Assembly (NCBI GenBank): GCA_044376085.1 | Contig: JBILLN010000009.1 | Span: forward strand, 524 to 64,523 | From: Bradymonadia bacterium | GTDB lineage: Bacteria; Myxococcota_A; Bradymonadia; UBA7976; UBA1532 | Direction: 5' to 3' | DNA: 64,000 nt | In this document: positions 8,475 to 19,027 of the stretch, piece by piece | Position numbering within the stretch: position 1 is the first letter of the stretch | Layout of the letters: every line of letters starts with the position of its first letter | Notes under the pieces: model-generated | Seen by the model: only the letters and a program-made list of their open reading frames with translations | What the model was told of the DNA's origin: nothing | Databases searched by the model: none | Program-made: the position numbers and the translations under genes

Positions 8475-9689
8475 ATGAGCGAGCGGACCGTCACGCCTGC
8501 GCCCCCCGAGCCCGTCGATCCGGAGGCCGAGGACGACGGGCCGGCGCACACCATTCTCATCGTCGACGACGAGCCGATGACCGTCTCGGCGATGCGCCAC
8601 CATCTTCGCCGGCAGTACACCTGCCTGGGGGCCACGCAGGCCAGCCAGGCCCTCGAACTGCTCGAGAAACACGACGTCTCCATCGTCATCTGCGACGAAC
8701 GCATGCCCCACATGGCGGGGCACCAGTTCCTCGAAAAGGTCTCGTCCCGCTGGCCCCACACCAGCCGCATCCTGATGACCGCCTACGCCGACCTGCCCGC
8801 GCTCGTCCGTGCGGTGAACCACGGCCAGATCCTGGGGTATCTCTCCAAGCCATGGCACCCGGACGAGCTCGACACGGTCATCCGCAAGGCCGTCGCGGTG
8901 CAGGACATCATCCGCGAGAAGCAGCGGGTCCAGGCCGATCTGGAGCGGGCCAACGACGACCTCCGGCGCGTCGTGGGCAAGTTGCGCGACTTCACCCACG
9001 CCGTGGCCCACGACCTTCAGGAGCCCCTGCGGACGATCTCGGCGTATGCGTCGATCCTCCAGGACGACGTGGGGCCGAGCCTCGAGGCCGAACCCCGGCA
9101 GTTCCTCGCCGGGATCTCGCGGTGCAGCGAGCACCTGCGCAGCCTCATCGACGATCTCCTTCAGTTCAGCGAGATCGAGCGCCTGCCCCTGCGGCACGTC
9201 CAGGTCGGCCTCGACGACATCGTCCATCAGGCCCGGCGCCTGCTCGATGGCGTCCTGACCGCCGGAGATGCCGAGATCGAGGTCAAGGGCCCCCTGCCCG
9301 CCGTCCACGGCGACCCCGGACGTCTCATCGTGCTGTTCCAGAACCTGATGTCCAACGGTCTCAAGTTCAATCGAAGCCGACCGCGCCGGGTCGAGGTCCA
9401 CCCGGTCGTCGCGGGCCCGGGGCGCGTCGCGGTCATCGTGCGCGACAACGGCATCGGCATCGCCCCGGAGCACCACGAGCGGGTGTTCCAGATCTTCCAT
9501 CGCCTGCACACGAAGTCCGAGTACCCGGGCACCGGCGCCGGTCTGGCGATCGCGCGTCAGGTGGCCGAGGTCCACGGGGGCAGCTTGACGCTCGCCTCGG
9601 CGGTGGGTCAGGGCACCACGTTTCGCGTCGAGTTGGCGGTCAGCGGTGGCCTGCCGGACCGGGGCAGCCTCAGCGGGGTGTCACGCTGA
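8475..9689 (+). CDS. Hybrid receiver-histidine kinase
   Basis: ATG 8475. Receiver (ILIVDDEPM, IVICDERMPHMAG, YLSKPW), then H-box FTHAVAHDLQEPLRTI and ATPase motifs NLMSNGLKFN, DNGIGI, GTGAGLAIA. Confidence 0.88.
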   Translation: MSERTVTPAPPEPVDPEAEDDGPAHTILIVDDEPMTVSAMRHHLRRQYTCLGATQASQALELLEKHDVSIVICDERMPHMAGHQFLEKVSSRWPHTSRILMTAYADLPALVRAVNHGQILGYLSKPWHPDELDTVIRKAVAVQDIIREKQRVQADLERANDDLRRVVGKLRDFTHAVAHDLQEPLRTISAYASILQDDVGPSLEAEPRQFLAGISRCSEHLRSLIDDLLQFSEIERLPLRHVQVGLDDIVHQARRLLDGVLTAGDAEIEVKGPLPAVHGDPGRLIVLFQNLMSNGLKFNRSRPRRVEVHPVVAGPGRVAVIVRDNGIGIAPEHHERVFQIFHRLHTKSEYPGTGAGLAIARQVAEVHGGSLTLASAVGQGTTFRVELAVSGGLPDRGSLSGVSR

Positions 9690-10353
9690 GCACGTAGGCG
9701 CCGCGGTCGGGGTTGGCGCCCCCCGCGTGGCCGTCCACGATGATGTACAGGACCTCGCCCGCTTCGAGGGGGGTGGTGACCTGGCTGAGCGGCGGAAACG
9801 CCGCGTCGTCGTTGCAGGTGATGGCCTCGGCGTCCTGACACGTCGCCCGCACCGAGATCAGGGTGTCCCACTTCGGCTCGGTCGACTCCGTATCGATGCG
9901 CCAGTTGCCCGCGGCCGGCGCCACGAAGCGGTGGAGCACGTCCGGGGACCCGGCGCCCCCGCACGGGCTGCTCGTCGCGTCCGTGGCGCCGGTGGTGTCC
10001 CCCACGTAGCGGAAGCCCGGGCCGTCCGGGTGAGCATTGACGTCGACGGAGGTCACGACGACGTCCGGGGGGCAGTCGATGACCGTGGCATCGGGTGCGG
10101 CCGCGTCCGGCACGTCGGCATCGGGCTCGGCCCCCCCCGACGGCGTGCCGCCCGACGGCGTGCCGCCCGACGGCGTGCCGCCCGACGGCGTGCCGCCCGA
10201 CGGCGTGCCGCCCGACGGCGTGCCGCCCGACGGCGTGCCGCCCGCCGCGGCGCCGGCGTCGTTCTCGTCCGCCTCGTCGCTGCTGCAGGCGCCGGTCGGG
10301 ACGAGGGCGAACACGAGAAGGGCCGCGGTCATGGCCGTCGGGTTGAGTTGCAT
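9670..10353 (-). CDS. Lipoprotein with (GGTPS)x7 linker and a C-terminal PPC-like beta-sandwich domain (assigned by eye)
   Basis: ATG at 10353 preceded by GGAGG. Signal MQLNPTAMTAALLVFALVPTGAC. C-terminal GNWRIDT...DTLISVRATC...CNDD...GEVLYIIVDGH...GAYVLSV. Lower part of the long spurious ORF 9670..13269. Confidence 0.75.
   Translation of the reverse strand: MQLNPTAMTAALLVFALVPTGACSSDEADENDAGAAAGGTPSGGTPSGGTPSGGTPSGGTPSGGTPSGGTPSGGAEPDADVPDAAAPDATVIDCPPDVVVTSVDVNAHPDGPGFRYVGDTTGATDATSSPCGGAGSPDVLHRFVAPAAGNWRIDTESTEPKWDTLISVRATCQDAEAITCNDDAAFPPLSQVTTPLEAGEVLYIIVDGHAGGANPDRGAYVLSVTPR
10136..10240. repeat. Perfect 15-bp tandem repeat x7 (cccgacggcgtgccg), encodes GGTPS x7 on the minus strand
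   Basis: Seven identical consecutive units read directly from the sequence. Confidence 0.95.
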
Positions 10354-10518
10354 CGGTGACCTCCGCTGGTCGATGGTTGCCGCGATCGGTCGATACGATG
10401 CCGGCATGCGGTATGCAGACGCAAGCCGGGGAACGAAATCGACTCCCGATGACCGGGCGCGGCCCCTTTGCCTCGCGCTCATTCCACACCGAGCTCGGCG
10501 CTCGGAAGGAGACGTACC

Positions 10519-13125
10519 ATGAGAGACGACCCGAGAACGACGCCGTCGCCCCGAGGGGTGTCCCCCTTCGGCGCGTCGACCGGCCCGCGGAAATCCGAGG
10601 TCGACCGCCTCGGATTTCCGTCGAGAGCCGGGCTGTTCGGTGCCGGATGCCTTTTGCTGGGCCTCCTTTCGGCCTGCGACCCAGCGGATCCGGACGACAA
10701 GGTGGATGCAGGCGGCGGTGGCGCCGCGACCGGCGGTCAAACGGGCGGCGCCGGCGGCGACGTCGGCGGCAGCACCGGCGGGGGTATCGTCGGCGGCGAC
10801 ACCGGCGGCAACGTCGGCGGCAACGCGGGCGGCACCAGCGGCGGCAACGAGGGCGGCACCACCGGCGGCAGCACCGGCGGCAATACCGGCGGCAACGCGG
10901 GCGGCAGCACCGGCGGCAACGAGGGCGGCAGCACCGGCGGCAGCACCGGCGGCAACGAGGGCGGCAGCACCGGCGGGGCCGGTGGCGAAGAGCCGCCCCC
11001 TTGCCCGGACGCCGATGCGGACGGGCTGTGCGACGCCGAGGACGCCGAGTGCAACGCCGACGGGCAGCCTGCGCTGTGCGACGCGGTCTCCCCCGATTGC
11101 CGCGCGGGCACGGTGCCCGAGGTGGCCAACGGCTGCTATACGGGCCGCTGCGTGACCTGGGCCGAGTGCGGCGGGGCCCCTCCGCCACCGGTGGACCCCT
11201 GCACGCCCGTCGAACCGGGCGAGTTCGGAGACTGCCGCGCCCTCATCGGCTGGGCCGCCAATGGCGACGGCACCTGCGGCATGGTCAGCGGCTGCGGCTG
11301 TGACGACCGCTGCATCGGCCGGGTGTTCGACAGCGAGGAGGCCTGCCTGCTGGCCTGCGTCGCGCCCCCCGAGCCGGCGTTCTGTGGCGGTTTCGCGGGC
11401 ATCCCCTGCCCGGCCGGCGAGATCTGCATCGACGACCCCACCGACGACTGCGACCCGGCAGCCGGCGGCGCGGACTGCGGGGGCATCTGCGTACCGCAGG
11501 CGTGTCCGGACGCCGACTTCGACGGTCGGTGCGACGGCGAGGACGCGGAGTGTAACGCCGACGGCAGCCTCCTGATGTGCCGGCGGGCCCCCCCCATCTG
11601 TCCGCGGGGCACCGTGCCGGAGGTCCGCGAGGGGTGCTACACGGACGCCTGCGTGACCTGGGCCGAGTGCGGCGGGGGCGTCGAAGACGCGTGTGGCCTG
11701 CCCCCGGACCCGGGTCCCTGCGAAGCTGCCATTCGGCGCTTCTACCACGACGCCGCCACGGGGACCTGCCAGGTCTTCATCTACGGAGGCTGCGCCGGCA
11801 ACGCCAACAACTTCGAGACCCTCGAGGCCTGCGAGGCGGCCTGCGGCGGCGCGATGTGCGTCCGCGAACCGAGCCTCTCGCCGCGTGCGCCGATGTACGA
11901 CCGCTACGAAGGCACGGGCTTTCCCAACGCCTGCCGAACGGACGACGACTGCTTCCGCGGCGGCTGCTCGGGCGAGGTCTGCTCGGCCACGCCGGACGTC
12001 GTGACCACCTGCGAGGTGGTGCCCATGCCCGACGGCGCCTGCGGCTGCGTCGCGGGGGAGTGCCAGTGGTTCGTCGACTCGTGCAACGGGGGCTGCCCCG
12101 ACGCCGACCGCGACGGCCTCTGCGATGCCGACGACGGCGAGTGCAATGCCGACGGCAATCCGGCCCTCTGCGACCGCGTCCCGCCGCCCTGCCGCGTCGG
12201 CACGGTGCCCGAGGTCGCCAACGGGTGTTACACCGGCGCCTGCGTCACCTGGGAGGCCTGCGGCGGCGGCGTCATCGACGCCTGCGGCCTGCCCCCGGAT
12301 GCGGGCCCCTGCGACGCCGCCATCCGGCGCTGGTTCCACAACCCCGAGACCGGGGCCTGCGACGTCTTCGTCTACGGCGGCTGCGGGGGCAATGCCAACA
12401 ACTTCGAGTCTCTGGACGCCTGCGAGGCGGCCTGTGGAGGCGTCGCGCCGCCCCCGGCGATGTGCAGTCCGGTCCGCGAGGGCGAATACGGCTTCTGCCT
12501 GGCGGTGATCGGGTACGGCATCGGCGCCGACGGCACCTGCCAGGCCATCAGCGGCTGCGGTTGCGACGACACCTGCATCGGTCGTGTGTTCGAGACGCCG
12601 GAGGGCTGCGAGGCGACGTGCGGCGGGGGCGTCGTCGACGCCTGCGGCCTGCCTGCGGACCCGGGCCCCTGCGACGCGGCGATCCGACGGTGGTTCCACA
12701 ATCCCCAGACGGGTGCCTGCGAGGGCTTCGTGTACGGGGGCTGCGGTGGCAACGGCAACAACTTCGAGAGCCTCGAGGCGTGCGAAGCGGCCTGCGTCCT
12801 CGCCTGCCCGGATGCGGACGTCGACGGGGCCTGTGACGCCGAGGACAGCACCTGCAATGCGGACGGCTCGCTCTTGATGTGCCGCCGCGTGGCGCCCATC
12901 TGCCCCCGCGGCACGGTGGCCGAGGTCCGTGAGGGCTGCTACACCGACGTGTGTCTGACGTGGGCCGAGTGCGCGCGCGCGGTGGCCCCGCCCGTGGGTC
13001 AGGCCTGCGGCGGCTTCGCCGGCTTCCTCTGCCCCGAGGGACTGGCCTGCGTCGACGCTCCGAACGACGGCTGCGATCCTCGCAACGGCGGAGCCGACTG
13101 TCCCGGCGTCTGCGTCGTCCCCTGA
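10519..13125 (+). CDS. Modular Cys-rich lipoprotein with three Kunitz/BPTI domains (putative multi-headed protease inhibitor)
   Basis: AAGGAG SD (10507-10512). Lipobox LLLGLLSAC. Gly-rich (GGSTGGNE-like) linker. Module order A-B-C-A-Kunitz-E-A-Kunitz-B-Kunitz-A-C. The Kunitz domains align by eye to BPTI over all 6 Cys. Confidence 0.88.
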   Translation: MRDDPRTTPSPRGVSPFGASTGPRKSEVDRLGFPSRAGLFGAGCLLLGLLSACDPADPDDKVDAGGGGAATGGQTGGAGGDVGGSTGGGIVGGDTGGNVGGNAGGTSGGNEGGTTGGSTGGNTGGNAGGSTGGNEGGSTGGSTGGNEGGSTGGAGGEEPPPCPDADADGLCDAEDAECNADGQPALCDAVSPDCRAGTVPEVANGCYTGRCVTWAECGGAPPPPVDPCTPVEPGEFGDCRALIGWAANGDGTCGMVSGCGCDDRCIGRVFDSEEACLLACVAPPEPAFCGGFAGIPCPAGEICIDDPTDDCDPAAGGADCGGICVPQACPDADFDGRCDGEDAECNADGSLLMCRRAPPICPRGTVPEVREGCYTDACVTWAECGGGVEDACGLPPDPGPCEAAIRRFYHDAATGTCQVFIYGGCAGNANNFETLEACEAACGGAMCVREPSLSPRAPMYDRYEGTGFPNACRTDDDCFRGGCSGEVCSATPDVVTTCEVVPMPDGACGCVAGECQWFVDSCNGGCPDADRDGLCDADDGECNADGNPALCDRVPPPCRVGTVPEVANGCYTGACVTWEACGGGVIDACGLPPDAGPCDAAIRRWFHNPETGACDVFVYGGCGGNANNFESLDACEAACGGVAPPPAMCSPVREGEYGFCLAVIGYGIGADGTCQAISGCGCDDTCIGRVFETPEGCEATCGGGVVDACGLPADPGPCDAAIRRWFHNPQTGACEGFVYGGCGGNGNNFESLEACEAACVLACPDADVDGACDAEDSTCNADGSLLMCRRVAPICPRGTVAEVREGCYTDVCLTWAECARAVAPPVGQACGGFAGFLCPEGLACVDAPNDGCDPRNGGADCPGVCVVP
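11692..11844 (+). other. Kunitz/BPTI domain 1 (Cys1 to Cys6), P1 = Glu
   Basis: [51 protein letters not shown]. 51 residues Cys1-Cys6, as in BPTI C5-C55. GPC-x, YGGC and NNF motifs present. Confidence 0.85.
12283..12435 (+). other. Kunitz/BPTI domain 2, P1 = Asp
   Basis: [51 protein letters not shown]. Confidence 0.85.
12643..12795 (+). other. Kunitz/BPTI domain 3, P1 = Asp
   Basis: [51 protein letters not shown]. Confidence 0.85.
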
Positions 13126-13156
13126 ACGGGGGGCACGTCGAACGCCCGGTGCCGCC

Positions 13157-14632
13157 TCAGCGGCGCTGAAGCTGCTTGGCGAAGAGGTCGCCGAGGGTGG
13201 CGGTGCCCCGCTTCTGGTCGGCGGTCTGCTGCTGCCGCCAGGCGCGGAAATCCTCGGCCTCGGAGTCACCCTTCAGGGCCTTGCGCGAGAGGCGGATCTT
13301 CTTGCGCATGCCGCCCTTCTTGCCGTCCTTGCCCTCGAAGGGGACGTCCTCCATCTCGATGATCTTGCACTCGAGCTCGGTGCCGATGGGGTAGACGTCC
13401 TCGGCCCGGGTGCCGCGCTCGTTGTCGCACTCGTTCATGGGGAGCAGGCCGCTGGTGCGCGGTCCGATGTCCACGAAGAGGCCGAAGCGCTCGATGCGCG
13501 AGACGCGGCCCTTCACGATCTGGCCGACCTCGAAGGTGACGGCCGGCGCGCCGCGCTTCTCGAAGACCTCGGGGGTGCAGAGCGCGATGCGGTTCTTCTG
13601 GAGGTCGACGCTCTCGACGACGACCTCGATCGTCTCGCCGGCCTTCAGGACCTCTTCGGGCGTGTTGATGCGCTTGGCCGTGGTGATGGCCGAGACGTGC
13701 AGCAGGCCGTCGATCTCCGGGGCGATGGTCACGAAGGCGCCGTAGGTCTGAATGCGGGCGACGGTGCCGGTGAAGCGCTGGCCGGGCTGGAGGGCCTTGG
13801 CGAACTCCACGAAGGGATCGGCCTGCTCGGTCTCGCCATCGCACAGGCGCAGCGCGATGCGGCCCTTGTCGAGCTCGATCTTGACGACCGTGACCTCGAC
13901 GGCATCCCCGACGTTGAGGCGCTCGCTGGGGTGTTTGACCCGCTTCTTGCCCATCTCGCTGACGTGGATGAGGCCCTCGACGCCCCCGATGTCCACGAAC
14001 GCGCCGAAGTCACGGATCTGCGTGACGTGGCCCTGCAGCGTCTCGCCCACCTGGACCTTGCCGGCGATGGCTTCTTTGTTCTTCTCGCGCGCGGCCTCGA
14101 GCAGCGCCCGGCGGGAGACGACCGCCCCCTTGTGGTCGTCCCACTCGGTGATGCGGAACTCGAACTCCTCGCCCACCATGGTCTGCGGGTCCTGGATGAA
14201 GCGGTCGGCGAGCTGGCTCAGCGGGCAGAAAGCGCGGACGCCTTCGATGCGGATCTCGTAGCCGCCCTTGTTGATGCCCACGACGCGGCCGCGGACGGTC
14301 TCCTGCTTCTTCCAGGCTTCCTTCAGGGCGATGCGGGCCTTGCCGGCCTGCGCGTCGCGGAAGCTCAGCCGGACGTAGCCCTTCGTCTCGGCGACGACGA
14401 AATCGAGCGTGGATCCGACGTCGTGGACCAACACGCCGTGCTCGTCCCGGAGTTCGGCGAGGTTCACCATGCCCTCGCTCTTGGCGCCGTAGTCGACGAA
14501 CGCGGCCTCCCCCGTGATCTTGACGATCTTGCCGCTGACGACGTCCCCCGTGGAGGTCGTCCGGCCGGAGAAGCTCGTCTCCATCAGTTCGTTCATCTCG
14601 TTCGTCGCATCGGGAGTAGGGCGGTACGTCAT
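13157..14632 (-). CDS. Multi-S1-domain RNA-binding protein (ribosomal protein S1-like)
   Basis: Five or more repeats of the S1 fold signature (G.VV.G.V..I....AFVD.G...EGL.H.SE.). Lys-rich C-terminal tail. Confidence 0.88.
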   Translation of the reverse strand: MTYRPTPDATNEMNELMETSFSGRTTSTGDVVSGKIVKITGEAAFVDYGAKSEGMVNLAELRDEHGVLVHDVGSTLDFVVAETKGYVRLSFRDAQAGKARIALKEAWKKQETVRGRVVGINKGGYEIRIEGVRAFCPLSQLADRFIQDPQTMVGEEFEFRITEWDDHKGAVVSRRALLEAAREKNKEAIAGKVQVGETLQGHVTQIRDFGAFVDIGGVEGLIHVSEMGKKRVKHPSERLNVGDAVEVTVVKIELDKGRIALRLCDGETEQADPFVEFAKALQPGQRFTGTVARIQTYGAFVTIAPEIDGLLHVSAITTAKRINTPEEVLKAGETIEVVVESVDLQKNRIALCTPEVFEKRGAPAVTFEVGQIVKGRVSRIERFGLFVDIGPRTSGLLPMNECDNERGTRAEDVYPIGTELECKIIEMEDVPFEGKDGKKGGMRKKIRLSRKALKGDSEAEDFRAWRQQQTADQKRGTATLGDLFAKQLQRR

Positions 14633-14679
14633 CGGTCATCCTGAGGTGCGGGGCGCCTTGCAGGCCGCAAAGCGCGCGG

Positions 14680-14708
14680 ACTATAGGGCGCACCGCGCGG
14701 CCCCGCAA
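14680..14708 (-). promoter_or_regulatory. Sigma-70-type promoter candidate for the S1-like gene
   Basis: Minus strand reads TTGCGG-N17-TATAGT, about 50 nt upstream of the ATG at 14632. Confidence 0.35.
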
Positions 14709-14873
14709 GTCGGGCACGGCCGGGGGGAGCGAATGCGTCGGTTCGCCCGGATTGATCGACGTCAAATCGTCGCCCCTCAAGCGATCCGGTGACTTTCACC
14801 GTACCCTCGGGAGAAGGCACCCTCCGCGTCGGGGAAACGCGGAAGGGGACCCCCCCGCCCGCGTCGGAATCCC

Positions 14874-15302
14874 ATGCTTCACCTCGAGTCCGCCCGAATG
14901 CCCGCCATTTCGCCTCTGGTCTGGAGTCCGGTCTACGAAACGGGCATCGCCGAACTCGACGCCCAGCACCGCCGGCTCTTCGATCTGGTCGACGAGGTGG
15001 GCGCGCGGGCCCTGCTGCCCGGGGGCGATCGGGCGGCCACCTTCGAAGAGGTCTTCGACCGCCTCACGGACTACGCCCAGTTCCACTTCGACTACGAGGA
15101 GGAGCTGCTCGCGGCGTCGAATCTGCCGCGGGCGGAGCACGACGCCCACCTGGCCACCCATCGGGCGTTCATCCGTCAACTCCAGGTCCTGTGGAGCGAA
15201 CGGCACGGGTTCGAGCACGTCGGCGAGTCCCTGCACCGGTTCCTCGGGGCGTGGCTGACGGACCACGTCCTGCGGGACGACCTCGCCGGGATGCTCCGGT
15301 AG
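14874..15302 (+). CDS. Hemerythrin-like metal-binding protein (bacteriohemerythrin)
   Basis: WSPVYETGIAELDAQHRRLFDLV, HFDYEEELL, HDAHLATHRAF and WLTDHV match the His/Glu/Asp ligand pattern. Start could be 14874 or 14898. Confidence 0.85.
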   Translation: MLHLESARMPAISPLVWSPVYETGIAELDAQHRRLFDLVDEVGARALLPGGDRAATFEEVFDRLTDYAQFHFDYEEELLAASNLPRAEHDAHLATHRAFIRQLQVLWSERHGFEHVGESLHRFLGAWLTDHVLRDDLAGMLR

Positions 15303-15320
15303 TCCGGGGTCCGCGTCCCG

Positions 15321-16820
15321 TCAGGGGCACGGTACGAGCAGTTCGACGTCGTCGACGTCCGCCCGGTCGAGGTCGTAGCTGATGCTGCCGTCCTTGTCGT
15401 AGCGGAACGTCAGCGTGTGTCGGCCGGCCGGGACGACCCCTTCGTAGACCGTCCAGCCGCGCACGCCGGAGGCCGTGACCACGTCCGCTCCGTCGAGTCG
15501 ATACCGGAAGTAGTCGTAGTTGACCTCCGAGGTGACGCGGTACCGGAACCGGAACGGGGTCGGCGCCGCGAGTTCGACCGTCCGGGTGATCTCGCTCACT
15601 TCGTCGTCGTCGATCCGTGCGCTCCGGGCGACGCCGCCGTCGGGCGCGCCCGCGTCGACCCGGACCCAGCCCGCATTCCCGCCGCTGACCCAGGCGGCGC
15701 CCAGGGCGGGGGCATCGAACGCCTCCCGGAAGCCGGGCGTCGGCTGGCAGAGGCCGGCGGCATCGCAGACCCCGGCCCCGCCGTGACACGGCGTACAGGC
15801 CGGCGCCGGATCGAAGACACACCCCGCGAAGGCATCACACCGCCCGACGGTGCAGGCCGGCGCGGCCGTCTGGCAGTCCACGGGCTGGGGTTCGGTGCAC
15901 GCCCCGGCCCGACACAGGCGTTCGGTGCAGAGGTCCGCCCCGTCGTCGCAACGCTCCCCATCGGGGTGGGGCAACACGACGCAACCGCCGGCCGCGCGGT
16001 CGCAGATGGCGTCGGCACACGCGCCGGCGAGGTCGCGGCAATCCAGGGCACCGCCCCCCCCGCAGGTACCGTCCGTGCAGACCTCGCCGACGGTGCAGGC
16101 GTCGGCGTCGTCGCAGGCCTCTCCATCCGGCCGCGCCTGGCCCTGACAGCCGAGTCCGGGCACGCAGGCGCCGATCCGGCACGCGTCACCCGCGGCCGAG
16201 CAGTCCGTCGGTCCGCCGGGTACGCAGGCGCCGCCCTCGCAGACGTCGCCGTCGGTGCAAGGCTCGGCGTCGTCACAGGGGGTGTCGTCGGGCCGCGGAC
16301 GCTCGATGCAGGCCCCGGTGCCGGGCTCGCAGACGCCGACGACACAGGGGCCGTCGAGCGCCGAGCAATCCGGGGGGGCGAGGCGGCAGGGGTCGGGCGC
16401 GGCGTCGGGGGCCACGAAAGCATCCGGTCCGAGGGGCAGGTCCGCGGGCGGCGGGGCAGCGTCCACGGGGGGCGGCCGAGCGGCGTCGGAGCCCGAATCG
16501 GGCACGGCGGCGTCGGCGTCCGGCTGCGCATCGGGGGTCGCCGGCGCCCCATCGGCGGTGGCGCGCGCCGCGTCGGGGCGGTCCGGCGGGGGCGGCGTCC
16601 CGTCGCTCGGGGCCGGGACCTCCGCGTCGACGGCGACCACCCCGCCCCCGAGATCCCGCGAGACGAACGCGTCGCCGATGGTGGTGACGGTCCCATCGGG
16701 AGCGGGCGGCGCGCTGGTGGTCTCCGACGGCACCGTCCCGTCGGCACAGGCGCCGAGGAGCAGAACCAGAGCGAGGCCGGGGCCGAAGGGGGCCGCCGGT
16801 GCGAGGCGAAAAGCAGACAT
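15321..16820 (-). CDS. Cys-rich secreted lipoprotein with C-terminal beta-sandwich-like domain
   Basis: ATG at 16820. Signal/lipobox MSAFRLAPAAPFGPGLALVLLLGAC. Pro/Asp/Ala linker. Repeats of the type D(D/G)xxCDDxxxCTxGxxCxxGxC. Confidence 0.75.
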   Translation of the reverse strand: MSAFRLAPAAPFGPGLALVLLLGACADGTVPSETTSAPPAPDGTVTTIGDAFVSRDLGGGVVAVDAEVPAPSDGTPPPPDRPDAARATADGAPATPDAQPDADAAVPDSGSDAARPPPVDAAPPPADLPLGPDAFVAPDAAPDPCRLAPPDCSALDGPCVVGVCEPGTGACIERPRPDDTPCDDAEPCTDGDVCEGGACVPGGPTDCSAAGDACRIGACVPGLGCQGQARPDGEACDDADACTVGEVCTDGTCGGGGALDCRDLAGACADAICDRAAGGCVVLPHPDGERCDDGADLCTERLCRAGACTEPQPVDCQTAAPACTVGRCDAFAGCVFDPAPACTPCHGGAGVCDAAGLCQPTPGFREAFDAPALGAAWVSGGNAGWVRVDAGAPDGGVARSARIDDDEVSEITRTVELAAPTPFRFRYRVTSEVNYDYFRYRLDGADVVTASGVRGWTVYEGVVPAGRHTLTFRYDKDGSISYDLDRADVDDVELLVPCP

Positions 16821-16956
16821 GGGCGCACTCTGAACCCGGCCGCGGGGTGCTGACAAGTCGGGGGTGCGCGCGCCGACGGCGCTTGACCCCATGCGCGGGG
16901 CGGGGTCATGGTACGGACGCGCCAGTCCGGAAACGTGTCAGGAGACCCGAAAGCCC

Positions 16957-19005
<2,049 letters not shown>

Positions 19006-19027
19006 GCCCGCTGGAGAGCCCACACCC

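Noticed and set aside
1846-8770. Long minus-strand ORFs 1846..3741, 3584..4552, 4929..6926 and 6902..8770
   Set aside because: They are antisense to SPFH, enzyme and kinase genes that carry catalytic motifs. They have no motifs of their own.
10136-10240. Possible CRISPR or other non-coding array
   Set aside because: The units are contiguous with no spacers, are 15 bp long (in frame) and lie inside a coding linker. There are no cas genes in the window.
9608-11188. 526-aa minus-strand ORF with a striking [11 protein letters not shown] repeat, and ORF 10095..10346 with PTACR x7
   Set aside because: These are alternate-frame readings of the Gly-rich linker repeat of the Kunitz gene and of the 15-bp GGTPS repeat. 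The real frames have lipoboxes and folded domains.
11200-13125. Assigning modules B and C of the Kunitz lipoprotein to Kazal, I78 or other named inhibitor families, and module E to an eight-cysteine-cluster family
   Set aside because: The Cys spacing does not match the Kazal pattern I know, and my recollection of the other families is too vague. They are left as unassigned Cys-rich modules pending HMM searches.
10354-13269. Upper part of the 1199-aa minus-strand ORF 9670..13269
   Set aside because: Only the last 227 codons (from ATG 10353, with GGAGG SD and signal peptide) look genuine. The remainder is antisense to the Kunitz-domain gene.
13157-14632. Calling this gene rpsA outright
   Set aside because: It has multiple S1 domains. 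However, at 491 aa and with a Lys-rich tail it may be a paralogous S1-domain protein, so the gene symbol is left blank.
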